From: Caldisericales bacterium
GTDB taxonomy: Bacteria; Caldisericota; Caldisericia; JAAYUI01
DNA: 64,000 nt
Assembly (NCBI GenBank): GCA_022707885.1
Contig: JAKIZT010000002.1
Location: forward strand, 34,458-98,457
Reading direction: 5' to 3'
How positions within the stretch are numbered: position 1 is the first letter of the stretch; every line of letters starts with the position of its first letter. The translations under genes and the position numbers were made by a program. Shown piece after piece: positions 18,231 to 28,212 of the stretch. The notes beneath the pieces are model-generated. The model ran no database searches. It was not told the origin of the DNA and saw nothing but the letters and a program-made list of their open reading frames with translations.

Positions 18231-19424
18231 ATGAACGGAAAAAGCGCTGTTCTGTTGGTCATTGATGGTCTAGGAGTTGGGTGTCTCCCTGATGCTGCAC
18301 AGTATGAGGATACAGGCACATCAACTCTCTCCCACGCAACCGAAAATGGCAAGTTAAGTCTACCATATCTCACAAAATTTGGCCTGTACAAATTTTGTGG
18401 CAGGAATGGACCAAGTCAGGCATCAACAGGTCGCATGGTTCCTAAGTCATCAGGCAAATCAACAGTGGAAGGCCACTGGGAGATGATGGGTCAGCCAAAA
18501 ACTAATCCTTTCAACGTTTTCCCAGATGGGTTTTCTTCAGAGATTATGGATACTATATCCAAGCTCATAGGGAGAGGTCTCCTTGGTGGCCAACCAGCTT
18601 CAGGAACAAAAATTATCGAACAGCTTGGGGAGCGCCACCAAAAAACTGGTATGCCAATAATTTATACTTCTGCTGACTCCGTCCTTCAGGTTGCAGCCCA
18701 TGAGAATACGATACCAGCAAACGAACTTTACGAGATTTGCAAAACAATAAGGAACAATTTTAATCAACCAGATAGCTTTGCGAGGGTAATTGCCAGGCCA
18801 TTTGCTGGTGAACCAGGAAATTATTACAGAACCTCCAGGAGAAGAGATTTTACACTCAAAATCCCGGAACCAAATGTCCTTTCAGAGCTCAAGAAGCGCA
18901 ATATAAACATATCCGGGGTGGGGCGCATAGCCGACCTTTTCCCAGAATATCTTGATACTTTTGATAATCCGCCCGGCAATATTGAATGTCTCGAGCGAAC
19001 AAAAATGTATAGGCAGATGTATCATGGTTTCGTCTTTGCCAATCTTGAAGACCTGGATATGCTCTATGGCCACAGACGCGACAAGCAGGGATATGCAAAA
19101 TCACTTGCAGAGCTTGATGAGGCATGGCCAAAATTCCTCATGTCTCTCGCCAATGACGATCTTCTAATAGTAGCATCTGATCATGGCTGTGACCCAACAC
19201 ATGAGAAACACACCGATCATACAAGAGAATACACCATGTTGATGTGCTACATGAAAGGTTATGAGGGCGTCGATCTTGGGACAAGACAATCACTTTGCGA
19301 TGTTGGGGCGACAATCCTGGACTTCTTTGGGATAAATCCTTCGTGCGGTGAATCTGTACTAAAAGATGTGACCAGCTGTAAAAAGAAAACCAAGACCTCA
19401 ACAAATTTCTACAACAACAATTAA
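18231..19424 (+). CDS. deoB: phosphopentomutase
   Basis: N-terminus LLVIDGLGVGCLPDAAQYEDTGTSTLSHATE matches the DeoB pattern (VLDSxGIG..PDA..YGD.GS.TL.H). 397 aa. Confidence 0.8.
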   Translation: MNGKSAVLLVIDGLGVGCLPDAAQYEDTGTSTLSHATENGKLSLPYLTKFGLYKFCGRNGPSQASTGRMVPKSSGKSTVEGHWEMMGQPKTNPFNVFPDGFSSEIMDTISKLIGRGLLGGQPASGTKIIEQLGERHQKTGMPIIYTSADSVLQVAAHENTIPANELYEICKTIRNNFNQPDSFARVIARPFAGEPGNYYRTSRRRDFTLKIPEPNVLSELKKRNINISGVGRIADLFPEYLDTFDNPPGNIECLERTKMYRQMYHGFVFANLEDLDMLYGHRRDKQGYAKSLAELDEAWPKFLMSLANDDLLIVASDHGCDPTHEKHTDHTREYTMLMCYMKGYEGVDLGTRQSLCDVGATILDFFGINPSCGESVLKDVTSCKKKTKTSTNFYNNN

Positions 19425-20125
19425 CCCCTTCTATATATCCAATTGACTCTTGGTTTCTCTTCCCAAGGGTATTTTATAAAAAGTTGCAATGGAAGCATCG
19501 GAGCTGGAAGATCATCTTGAGTAATATCTTTCAGATATTCGTGTGAAACGGCCACAAATTTTATTGGAAGTTCCATTTCTTTTGAGGCTTGCTTCACTAT
19601 TTCCAGGCCCTCAAGAAAGTCTTTTCTCGTACTCTTTTCCTTAAGGTGCGGGTTCGCAACAATGTGCGTGAATCTAGTGTGCGCTCCAAAAGCAACCTCA
19701 CCTGCAATTGTTTTTATCTGATCCACAGTTTTGGAAAATGGTCTAAAAGGATTTACTACCAATATAAACTCGTATCCATCAGCTTCAATTCTTGGCATCA
19801 CTTGCGCAAGTGCCGTTGAGCCCTGCTTATCACCACCGACATCTACAACGAGTTTTCTGGACTTGTCCGCCACCCACGCATACAAGTGCGTTGGAATTAT
19901 TGGCATATCAGCAAAGGCAATTGATCCTTCTGGCATCAGGACTTCAAGTCCTGCCTGTCTCAAAATGTCCGCTTTGTCCCTGATTCGAATATATGGCTTG
20001 ACAACATCAAAATCCAAGAGGGCAACTTTTTCATCGTTTTGGTGAAGATAGAGGGCATAATTTATGGCAACCTCTGTCTTGCCGGTACCAGTGGTGCCGG
20101 CAAAAATAAATATTCTTGCTTCCAT
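19421..20125 (-). CDS. P-loop NTPase (ParA/MinD/CooC-like superfamily), unknown role
   Basis: Walker A FAGTTGTGKTEVAINYALYL. Start is 1 nt after the stop of the upstream Buk-like gene (TGATATG). Confidence 0.55.
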   Translation of the reverse strand: MEARIFIFAGTTGTGKTEVAINYALYLHQNDEKVALLDFDVVKPYIRIRDKADILRQAGLEVLMPEGSIAFADMPIIPTHLYAWVADKSRKLVVDVGGDKQGSTALAQVMPRIEADGYEFILVVNPFRPFSKTVDQIKTIAGEVAFGAHTRFTHIVANPHLKEKSTRKDFLEGLEIVKQASKEMELPIKFVAVSHEYLKDITQDDLPAPMLPLQLFIKYPWEEKPRVNWIYRRG

Positions 20126-20126
20126 A

Positions 20127-21119
20127 TCAGTTTTCCTTGTGTGCGATAGCCATTTCCATGAGTGCAGATGAAGGGTCAACCACAAGAGGAACTGGATTTT
20201 TGATATAATCAACATAATTCTTCAGCTCTGCAACCAATTCCCCATCGGTAGACAGTGATCCAATTAATCCAATACCATCAACTTTCCCTTTAAGGCTTGC
20301 GGCCATTTTTCCAATTGATTTTGCTACTCCATAGACAAAAGCTTTATAAACATTTTCTGCTTTCTTATTGCCAGATTTTACCATTTTTCTGACTTCATTC
20401 AGATCAGATGTCCCAAGATGACCTAGAATGCCCGATTTTCCTCTTACTTTTTCAAGCATCTGCTCTTTGGTATATTTGCCAGAAAAGGCCATTTTATAAA
20501 CACATCTCTGACCAAAGAACCCTGATCTGGTTGGCGTCATAGCGCCTTCGCCATCGTAGGAATCTTCAATATCTAATATCCCACCTTTTTCATGGGCACA
20601 TGCAGATATCTCGTCACTACTCAAATAAATTGAGATAACATTGGATTGCTCATATTCCTTACCAGTTATTCTGCACAACTCTTTTGCTCCAAGAAGGTGT
20701 TCAAATGTTCTTGCAACTATCCTGCGCTGGATTTGAGGTACGCCAGAAAATACAGCAACAGGCGGTAATTCACCATAAGTAAGCGGACATGCAAGCATGG
20801 CCTTTTTTGGGGCAAGCGACAAAAGTATCTGTGGACAGATATTGGTTTTCTCGTGGCCAAAAGCATCACATGCAATTTTTGAAGAAAGCTCATTGTCCAA
20901 TATCGTGATTTTATTACATGTTTGAGGTGTCATGGAATAGCAGGTAATTCCTACGTCAGCTGACATGCCACCCATTTGCAAGGCGATTTTTTCCGCAATC
21001 GAGCCTGTTTCACATGAGCATTCCGGATAAGCAAAATTCGCGCTTGATATTTTGCTCTTGCCATCAAAAACAGAGGCTTCAATTGTGTTCTCGGCTGGAA
21101 ATAGGGTCAATACCTTCAT
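20127..21119 (-). CDS. butyrate kinase-like ASKHA-fold paralogue with a divergent N-terminus
   Basis: C-terminal half is clearly homologous to the bona fide buk in this window (GILGHLGTSDLNEV vs GIYAYLGTNDVREV; LKGKVD both). It lacks the N-terminal INPGSTSTK motif. Confidence 0.65.
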   Translation of the reverse strand: MKVLTLFPAENTIEASVFDGKSKISSANFAYPECSCETGSIAEKIALQMGGMSADVGITCYSMTPQTCNKITILDNELSSKIACDAFGHEKTNICPQILLSLAPKKAMLACPLTYGELPPVAVFSGVPQIQRRIVARTFEHLLGAKELCRITGKEYEQSNVISIYLSSDEISACAHEKGGILDIEDSYDGEGAMTPTRSGFFGQRCVYKMAFSGKYTKEQMLEKVRGKSGILGHLGTSDLNEVRKMVKSGNKKAENVYKAFVYGVAKSIGKMAASLKGKVDGIGLIGSLSTDGELVAELKNYVDYIKNPVPLVVDPSSALMEMAIAHKEN

Positions 21120-21745
21120 TTGCCACCTTCCATGTGTTTGTTTTTAGAAAAAAAATCTTTGTCGGTAACTCTAAGAGTTCCAGCAATTTTTCTAAACTCT
21201 TCCTTTACATCCTCGTCGCCCATCGGTGCCCAAGCTCTTATCTCTATGTAACCCTTGTCGATTGGCAGATCCACAATCAAATTAAAGACCTTGCTGTTGC
21301 TGGATGTTACGGTTACTTCGTACTCATACCATCTTGCGTCAAGATTGCCAAGTACAATATTGTCTTTCCTCAAAAGTTTTACATTATTGGACACTGGAAG
21401 TTCCATGAGCTTTCTAAAATCTCCAAGAGATACATTGTTGTCGTTATATGATGCACAAACAAGTGCATATTCATAATTCTCTTCATCATCCCATTTGGAA
21501 ATCTTGATTGGGGCTTTATGGAATATAGTATAGCTATAGGCTCCAGTTTCCTTTCTAAGTTCCCCGAAATACCTGAATGATTCCCAGGATTTGCCCGTTT
21601 CAAGTGTATAAAAAGGTCCTGTATAAGCTGAAGAGGGGCCTGGACCTCCCCCGGAAGATTTGCAGGAATAAAAAATAATTACCAAAATCGCTATTGCTAG
21701 AAAAGCAACAGCAAAACTAATGGTTTTCCTGGAAGTATTTTTCAT
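21116..21745 (-). CDS. small secreted/membrane-anchored protein, GPFF-motif family
   Basis: N-terminal hydrophobic anchor then SCKSSGGGPG. Motif YTGPFYTLETGKSWESFRY. Confidence 0.5.
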   Translation of the reverse strand: MKNTSRKTISFAVAFLAIAILVIIFYSCKSSGGGPGPSSAYTGPFYTLETGKSWESFRYFGELRKETGAYSYTIFHKAPIKISKWDDEENYEYALVCASYNDNNVSLGDFRKLMELPVSNNVKLLRKDNIVLGNLDARWYEYEVTVTSSNSKVFNLIVDLPIDKGYIEIRAWAPMGDEDVKEEFRKIAGTLRVTDKDFFSKNKHMEGGK

Positions 21746-22169
21746 TTGTTACCTTTAATGATCTTGCAGCTTCAAGTATTGGTTCCTTGGAAGTTATCAC
21801 AGTCCCAAAACCCATTATGAAACCACCGTCTATCTGAAGTTTGAAATAAATTTTCTCTCTTTGTCCATTCTTGGCACCCGTAAATTCCATTGTTTTGCCA
21901 TCAACAGTTTCTTGCCATGTTGAAATGATTTCATCCCCTTCCATCTCGCTGGCTTCCACAGATTCCCTCCAGACCATCCCGTCAGGCCACCATTTTATCT
22001 GAACCCTGCATTCCGGACCCTGGAACGCCAATCTCTGGGGGGAATTCTCTATTGCGAAACGCTCTGGGACAACCATTGTAAAAAATGGGCCTTTCACCAG
22101 AACACCACTTGCACAAGCGCAGAGGGTAACAGCCAGCAAAATAGCCAAGGCAAATTTGGTCATTTTCAT
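21717..22169 (-). CDS. small lipoprotein, GPFF-motif family
   Basis: MKMTKFALAILLAVTLCACASG lipoprotein signal. VKGPFFTMVVPERF motif. GGGAG RBS. Confidence 0.5.
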   Translation of the reverse strand: MKMTKFALAILLAVTLCACASGVLVKGPFFTMVVPERFAIENSPQRLAFQGPECRVQIKWWPDGMVWRESVEASEMEGDEIISTWQETVDGKTMEFTGAKNGQREKIYFKLQIDGGFIMGFGTVITSKEPILEAARSLKVTNEKYFQENH

Positions 22170-22200
22170 ATTTACAATTCTCCCTTCTGAAGGACAAGTT

Positions 22201-22737
22201 TCAAGGAGCAAAAGATGGATTTGTAAACTCAATTTTTTGTATCAATTTTTTAATTTCCTCAAGATCCACCGATGATCCTGGTTGCACTGAAGCAATTATT
22301 TCCAAGCACCACCCATCAAAAGGAAACACCGCTCTAAAAATGGACCTGATCACCTGGGTGCCACTTTGATCCTTTTGATTAATCTGCTCGGTAAATACAG
22401 TCATATTCCCAGCCTTGGCCTCGCTACTCACAATAGTTTCTGCATAAGGCGGAAGTGTGCCTGTTTCAAGTCCCTTTACAACACCTTTTTTAAATACCCC
22501 TTTAAACCACTTAAATGAGCAAAAAGCAGTTTTTCCAGTCATGTCATTGATGCTTTCTATTTTTTCCCTGTCCGGCATCAATACAATCTGATAAGAAAAG
22601 CCATCGGGAACTTCAACTTGATACATTCCCCTTGGAATCTCCATTTCAAAAAATGGCCCTTTTATAGTATTGCTACCACATCCGGCCAGAAAACAAAAAG
22701 TTAGCCCAAAAATTGCCACTGCCAGCATTTTCTTCAT
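22201..22737 (-). CDS. small lipoprotein, GPFF-motif family
   Basis: MKKMLAVAIFGLTFCFLAGCGSN lipobox. IKGPFFEMEIPRGMYQVEVPDGF motif. Confidence 0.55.
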   Translation of the reverse strand: MKKMLAVAIFGLTFCFLAGCGSNTIKGPFFEMEIPRGMYQVEVPDGFSYQIVLMPDREKIESINDMTGKTAFCSFKWFKGVFKKGVVKGLETGTLPPYAETIVSSEAKAGNMTVFTEQINQKDQSGTQVIRSIFRAVFPFDGWCLEIIASVQPGSSVDLEEIKKLIQKIEFTNPSFAP

Positions 22738-22752
22738 TAAAACACCTCTTTT

Positions 22753-22780
22753 AAAAAAGGGGCGACCAAAAGGTCGCCCC
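22753..22780. terminator. rho-independent terminator downstream of gdhA (ggggcgacc-aaaa-ggtcgcccc)
   Basis: Perfect 9-bp GC-rich stem. On the minus strand it is followed by a T-run. Confidence 0.55.
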
Positions 22781-22804
22781 AGTTTCTACTTTCCACCAGC
22801 TTGA

Positions 22805-24151
22805 TCAGACTATGCCCTGAGCTATCATTGCATCAGCGACTTTTCTGAAACCAGCAATGTTTGCACCAAGAACATAATTATGTCTTTGTCCAAATTCTTC
22901 AGCCGCGTTATAGGCTGAATCATGAATTTCTTTCATTATTCTTTGCAAATGTTTATCAACTTCATCTCTTGTCCATGCCATGTGAAGGGCATTCTGTGTC
23001 ATTTCAAGTCCCGAAACGGCGACTCCACCTGCATTGGCAGCTTTTCCAAGGCCATACAGTATGCCATTGTTAAGGAATATCTTCACTGCACCTGGAGTTG
23101 AAGGCATATTCGCACCCTCAGAAACGGCAACACAGCCACCTTTAACAAGTGCTTCTGCAGATACCTCATCAAGCTCGTTTTGTGTTGCGCAAGGCATGGC
23201 CACATGATAATTGTGGGCTTTCCAGATTCCCTGGGCACCATCGAAGTACTTTGCGTTATATTTCTCTGCGTATTCCTTGATTCTGCCTCTCTTGACGTTT
23301 TTGAGCCACATGATGAAGTGCAGCTTTTCTTTATCGATTCCAGCTTCATCAATTATATAGCCATCAGAATCGGAACAGGTTATAACCCTGCCACCAAACT
23401 CGGTTACTTTTTCAATGGCATACTGTGAAACATTTCCGGAACCTGAAATTGCTACAAGTTTGCCTTTCAAATCCAGGCCCTTGGTGGCAAGCATATTCAT
23501 GAGGAAATATGTCGCACCATAACCTGTGGCCTCTGGACGTATGAGCGAACCTCCAAATGTGATTCCCTTTCCAGTAAATACACCAGAGAATTCGTTCATG
23601 AGTTTCTTGTACTGGCCAAACAGGTAGCCTATTTCCCTGCCCCCAACGCCTATGTCTCCGGCAGGAACATCGGTATTTGGGCCAAGATGACGGAAAAGCT
23701 CATTCATGAAGCTTTGGCAAAATCTCATTACTTCATTATCAGACTTGTTTTTGGGGTCAAAATCCGCCCCGCCTTTTCCTCCACCCATTGGAAGGGTTGT
23801 GAGGGCATTTTTGAGAATCTGTTCGAAACCGAGGAACTTCAGGATTGATATATTTACACTTGGATGGAACCTTATACCACCTTTGTATGGTCCAATTGCA
23901 CTATTGAATTCTACCCTGAACCCCCTGTTTACAATGATGTCCCCTGCATCACTGACCCATGGTACGCGGAACATTACTACCCTCTCGGGTTCAATGATGC
24001 GCTCAACGATACGCAGTTTCCTGTAGACCGGATTGCGCTCTATGAGCGGCTCCAGGCTTTCCACAACCTCGTGGACTGCCTGGTGGAATTCCGGCGAAGC
24101 CGGGTCCCTTTGTTTAACAATAGACATAATCTCGTCAATAAAATTTGACAC
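22805..24151 (-). CDS. gdhA: glutamate dehydrogenase
   Basis: GPYKGGIRFHPSVN and PMGGGKGG signature motifs. 448 aa. Confidence 0.9.
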   Translation of the reverse strand: MSNFIDEIMSIVKQRDPASPEFHQAVHEVVESLEPLIERNPVYRKLRIVERIIEPERVVMFRVPWVSDAGDIIVNRGFRVEFNSAIGPYKGGIRFHPSVNISILKFLGFEQILKNALTTLPMGGGKGGADFDPKNKSDNEVMRFCQSFMNELFRHLGPNTDVPAGDIGVGGREIGYLFGQYKKLMNEFSGVFTGKGITFGGSLIRPEATGYGATYFLMNMLATKGLDLKGKLVAISGSGNVSQYAIEKVTEFGGRVITCSDSDGYIIDEAGIDKEKLHFIMWLKNVKRGRIKEYAEKYNAKYFDGAQGIWKAHNYHVAMPCATQNELDEVSAEALVKGGCVAVSEGANMPSTPGAVKIFLNNGILYGLGKAANAGGVAVSGLEMTQNALHMAWTRDEVDKHLQRIMKEIHDSAYNAAEEFGQRHNYVLGANIAGFRKVADAMIAQGIV

Positions 24152-24224
24152 CCTACACTCTCCTTTTCTTTACGCACAGGCATCTCTTTTGCGCCGCCTG
24201 CAAAGCGCGAGTCAATTAGAAGTC

Positions 24225-25133
24225 CTAGATTCCAGCAATCAGGACGGATGCTGCAATTGCATTCAATTTCGACTCTGCTGTATCAGACCTTGAAGGCACT
24301 ATTACCGGAACCTTGGCGCCAAGGACGATTCCGGCCGTCTCGGCGTTGCAGTTGCCCAGGTAAACCAGGGCCTTGTAGAATATATTGCCTGATTCAATAT
24401 TTGGCATAAGTAGTACATCGGCGTCTCCGGCGACTTCCGATATGATACCCTTGTGCTCTGCGGCATGCTTATTGACGGCATTATCCATTGCGAGGGGGCC
24501 TTCAATAATTACGTCTTTTCCAAATTGCTTCCTGTCTCCCATCTTTGCGAGTATGGCTGCATCCATTGTCGAAACAACCTTGTTTGAAACAGTCTCAACA
24601 GATGAACAGACTGCCACCTTTATAGGGCTGACACCAAGCGCCCTGGCAACAATAATTGCATTTTTAAGTATTTCTATCTTTTCATCGAGGGTTGGTGCTG
24701 GAACCATTCCGCCATCAGTCATGATCATAAGCTTTCTGTAAGTACTGGTTCCAATAAGACCGACATGTGAAAGCACCTTGCTTTTTGCAAGACCCTTTTC
24801 CTTGTCCAGAACGGCCTTGAGAAGTATCGGTGTACCAACAAGACCTTTCATGATTATTTCAGCTTTTCCATTTCTGATTTCCTCAACTGCCACCTTTGGG
24901 GAAACTGTTGGATCTGGCTGGTGAATTATCGGCCATGGGACTTCCATGTTAAGCTGTGATGCAATTTTTTTGATTTCAGGTTCATTGCCAACAAGAACCG
25001 GCTCGATAATTTTTTGATCAACCGCCATTTTGACTGCTTCGAGGACAACATCGTCCTCTGCTGCAGCAACAATAAGCTTTCTCGGACCCTTCTTCTTTGC
25101 AACTTCAACAAGCTGTGTAAAATTCTCAATCAT
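24225..25133 (-). CDS. ptb: phosphate butyryltransferase
   Basis: 302-aa Pta/Ptb-fold protein in an operon with buk. Confidence 0.8.
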   Translation of the reverse strand: MIENFTQLVEVAKKKGPRKLIVAAAEDDVVLEAVKMAVDQKIIEPVLVGNEPEIKKIASQLNMEVPWPIIHQPDPTVSPKVAVEEIRNGKAEIIMKGLVGTPILLKAVLDKEKGLAKSKVLSHVGLIGTSTYRKLMIMTDGGMVPAPTLDEKIEILKNAIIVARALGVSPIKVAVCSSVETVSNKVVSTMDAAILAKMGDRKQFGKDVIIEGPLAMDNAVNKHAAEHKGIISEVAGDADVLLMPNIESGNIFYKALVYLGNCNAETAGIVLGAKVPVIVPSRSDTAESKLNAIAASVLIAGI

Positions 25134-25150
25134 TATATGTTTCTCCTTGA

Positions 25151-26023
25151 TTATTGGAAAATTGAACCCTGGACAATTTTTTGCGCAGGCATCGATATGA
25201 GATCCCTGCTTGTAGACTCTTTGTGTTTTGAAAGATAGCCCTTTACAATCTGGTATCCAACCGCAAAACCTGCGCAGAAGGGGAGATCAGATCCATAACC
25301 ACCATAGAGGAAGGGTCTATGCCTGTCCATGCCAACAAGTTTCAGGTTATCTTTGTATTTTGGCCACAGGGCTTTTACTTGATCGATTGAAAGGCCGGCC
25401 GCTATTTCGGAGACAGACTGTTGCCCGTATTGCTCTTCAACAAAAACTTCTGCAAGACCTTCATTGACAATGGCGGAGGCGAGATCAAAATGCGGGCCGC
25501 CAATAGGGAATAGGGTCGCCCTCATCTGGTGGTGATATTCCCTGGCAACAGAAGCTTTCAAATGCACAAGCGAGTAAGTTGTTGGCCAGATTGAAAAGAT
25601 TATATAAGGTGGAACGCTGCCAAAACCTGTATAACCCTTAAAACGTTCTACAACATCGGGTTTTGTTCTATCAGCAATAAGCAGTGCCCATATTGCGGCT
25701 GGCCCACCAAAATATTTGCGTGACATTCTAAGAGTTTCTTCCACTTTTTCCCAAGCCTGGAAAGCAACAAGAGCATCGTAAGCTGCTCTTACCTCCCTGA
25801 GATCATCATCAGGATCAAATAGCATCCCCAACCTGAGAAGCTGGTAGCCTGAAAAACCGGACATGCCCTGGCTCATCAGGTCCCATAATGCTTGAAGTGG
25901 GTCTGCCAGCATTTTTCGCTGTAATTTGACCCTTTCCCTGCCCTCGACCCTTGGACCCTCTTCCAGGAATTTTAGCAGTAGGTCCTTGGTCGGCACCTGT
26001 ATAAAATCCTGGAGTGTCGCCAT
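25151..26023 (-). CDS. hypothetical protein inserted between buk and ptb (possible metalloprotease-like; REYHH motif)
   Basis: Well-formed 290-aa ORF with tight spacing to both neighbours. No confident motif. Confidence 0.5.
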   Translation of the reverse strand: MATLQDFIQVPTKDLLLKFLEEGPRVEGRERVKLQRKMLADPLQALWDLMSQGMSGFSGYQLLRLGMLFDPDDDLREVRAAYDALVAFQAWEKVEETLRMSRKYFGGPAAIWALLIADRTKPDVVERFKGYTGFGSVPPYIIFSIWPTTYSLVHLKASVAREYHHQMRATLFPIGGPHFDLASAIVNEGLAEVFVEEQYGQQSVSEIAAGLSIDQVKALWPKYKDNLKLVGMDRHRPFLYGGYGSDLPFCAGFAVGYQIVKGYLSKHKESTSRDLISMPAQKIVQGSIFQ

Positions 26024-26026
26024 TTT

Positions 26027-27088
26027 TTAGTACTCCTTCGCTTTCTCGACGCCCCTTAGGACTCTGAGTCCTCCTTGGGCGAGCGCCTCCATCTCCATCT
26101 GACCTCCATAAACAACCACTTTGGCAATGTAGCCAACATAATCAGTGATTCTCGAAACAACATAATCAGAATACGCGATGGAGCCGGTAAGAATAATCGC
26201 ATCAACCTTGCCTTTTAGGGCGGTTGCCATGATGCCTATTTCCTGGGATATTTGATAGATCATTGCATCAAGGACCATTTTGGCCTTCATGTCTCCATTT
26301 TTTATCCTATCGAGCACTTCACGTACGTCATTTGTGCCAAGGTAGGCATAAATACCACCTTTTTTTGAAGTCATGGTAGCAATATCATCTTCTGTATATT
26401 TTCCAGAAAAACACAGCTCAATGAGCGAGACCAGCGGGAGCCAGCCAGAACGTTCTGGTTGAATTGGACCAGCCTCTTTTGCATTGTCGTAATCAGCTAT
26501 TCTTCCCACCTCAACAGGTACAATCGAAATGCCGCCACCCATATGAGCAACAACAAATCTGGATGTTCCAGGTGTAATACCGAGTTCTTTGACTGCCCTT
26601 CTGCAAGCAGCTCTAATGTTGAGAGCATGGCCCAGTGATACCCTTTCGCATTCCGGGAAACCAGCTACCCTTACAAAATCTTCGAACTCATCAACCGACA
26701 CAGGATCAACAATATAAGCTGGAATACCTCTTTCTTTCCTTATCATATCGGCAATGATTCCGCCAAGAGTGGATGGATGGTCTGCTCTCTTTGATTCAAT
26801 GAGATCAACAAGCATCGCATCATTGATAATATAAGTGCCTGCTGGAATTGGTTTGAGCGGCCCGCCCCTGCCAACAACGCATTCAATGCTTTCTTCTGGG
26901 ATAGAATGCCTGGACAGGAAATCTTTTATGGCTTTAAGTCTGAATGGTGCCTGGTCCGATGTTTTTGGAAAGCTAGCGAGTTCCTCATTGCCGTGTGTAA
27001 TGTTTTCCTGCGCTATCTCTTTTTCGTCGTCGAAGACTGCCACCTTGGTTGAGGTGGAGCCTGGGTTAATGACTAGTACCCTTGCCAT
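26027..27088 (-). CDS. buk: butyrate kinase
   Basis: RVLVINPGSTSTK N-terminal motif and HMGGGISI. 353 aa. Confidence 0.9.
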   Translation of the reverse strand: MARVLVINPGSTSTKVAVFDDEKEIAQENITHGNEELASFPKTSDQAPFRLKAIKDFLSRHSIPEESIECVVGRGGPLKPIPAGTYIINDAMLVDLIESKRADHPSTLGGIIADMIRKERGIPAYIVDPVSVDEFEDFVRVAGFPECERVSLGHALNIRAACRRAVKELGITPGTSRFVVAHMGGGISIVPVEVGRIADYDNAKEAGPIQPERSGWLPLVSLIELCFSGKYTEDDIATMTSKKGGIYAYLGTNDVREVLDRIKNGDMKAKMVLDAMIYQISQEIGIMATALKGKVDAIILTGSIAYSDYVVSRITDYVGYIAKVVVYGGQMEMEALAQGGLRVLRGVEKAKEY

Positions 27089-27186
27089 AGGCTCCTTTCA
27101 GGTTGCGGTTTACTTGCTTATTTTATCCTTTTTAGCCAGTCGGTCAATGAAGCAACGCACCGCAACTGCAATAATCTTTTACTGTT

Positions 27187-28212
27187 CTATCTCAGCCCGT
27201 TCTTGAGGTATTTTGCGACCTTCTGATTATGTTCTGCGATGGTCTCAGAGAAGTCGTTGTAGCCTTTACCAGTGGCAACAAAAAAGAAATAATTTGTCTT
27301 GGCTGGCCAGAGTGCCGCCTCTATGGCTGACAGCCCCGGGTTACATACCGGCCCGGGAGGCAACCCGGGATATTTGTAGGTGTTGTAGGGTGAATCAACT
27401 GCAAGCTCTTTCAATGTAAGTATCACCGAAGGCTTCTCGAGAACATAACCAACAGTCACGCAAGATTCCAGCTTCCAGCCTGCTTTCAACCTGTTCCAGA
27501 AAACCGATGAAACATTCTTCATTTCCTCAGTAGTTCCAGATTCCCTCTCGATTATCGAAGCAAGCGTGACCAGCTCGTGGACACTCAGCCCAAGTTCCTT
27601 ACATCTCTTTTCAAATTTGCTGGTAAATATTTGTTCAAATTCTTTCAGCTGACACCTTACAAGACCTTCTGCAGAGACATCATCAAGGAGATATGTATCA
27701 GGGTAAAGATAACCCTCAAGCGATTTGCCTTTTATAGTTTTTGAAAATTTGAACTGGAAACTGTCTTTTGAGTTTAGGGCAAGCTCCCTGTATTTTTCAC
27801 CATCAAAACCGCGCAGGTATGAGAGCAACATTCCAATCTCCCTGGCCGTTCTTCCCTCTGGAACGAGAACTTTTGTGGGTGGGAGTCTGCCTTCTGTCAT
27901 AAGCTTTTTTATGACCTGAGGCATTGAAAGCGGCTCTCCAAAGGTGAAAATACCAGCTTGGAGTTTCGGGCCAGCCTCTTCCCTGCGGACTTCATAAAGA
28001 AAAACCCATTCAGAGCTTATGAGTCCTTTATCGGCAAGTAATTTTGCTATCTGGGAAGGTGAGGAACCAGCTTTGACTTCAAATGTGACAGGGTATTCAG
28101 CATTGCCATAAGGTGTAGCAACAGCATTTTGTATCCATAGATAAAAACCACCCACTGCAAGCAACAAAACAAGAATGAAGACACCTGCCCATAAGAGGAT
28201 TCTATTCATCAT
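27187..28212 (-). CDS. mltG: endolytic murein transglycosylase MltG/YceG family
   Basis: N-terminal TM anchor then a YceG-like domain. Overlaps the rlmN stop. Confidence 0.8.
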   Translation of the reverse strand: MMNRILLWAGVFILVLLLAVGGFYLWIQNAVATPYGNAEYPVTFEVKAGSSPSQIAKLLADKGLISSEWVFLYEVRREEAGPKLQAGIFTFGEPLSMPQVIKKLMTEGRLPPTKVLVPEGRTAREIGMLLSYLRGFDGEKYRELALNSKDSFQFKFSKTIKGKSLEGYLYPDTYLLDDVSAEGLVRCQLKEFEQIFTSKFEKRCKELGLSVHELVTLASIIERESGTTEEMKNVSSVFWNRLKAGWKLESCVTVGYVLEKPSVILTLKELAVDSPYNTYKYPGLPPGPVCNPGLSAIEAALWPAKTNYFFFVATGKGYNDFSETIAEHNQKVAKYLKNGLR

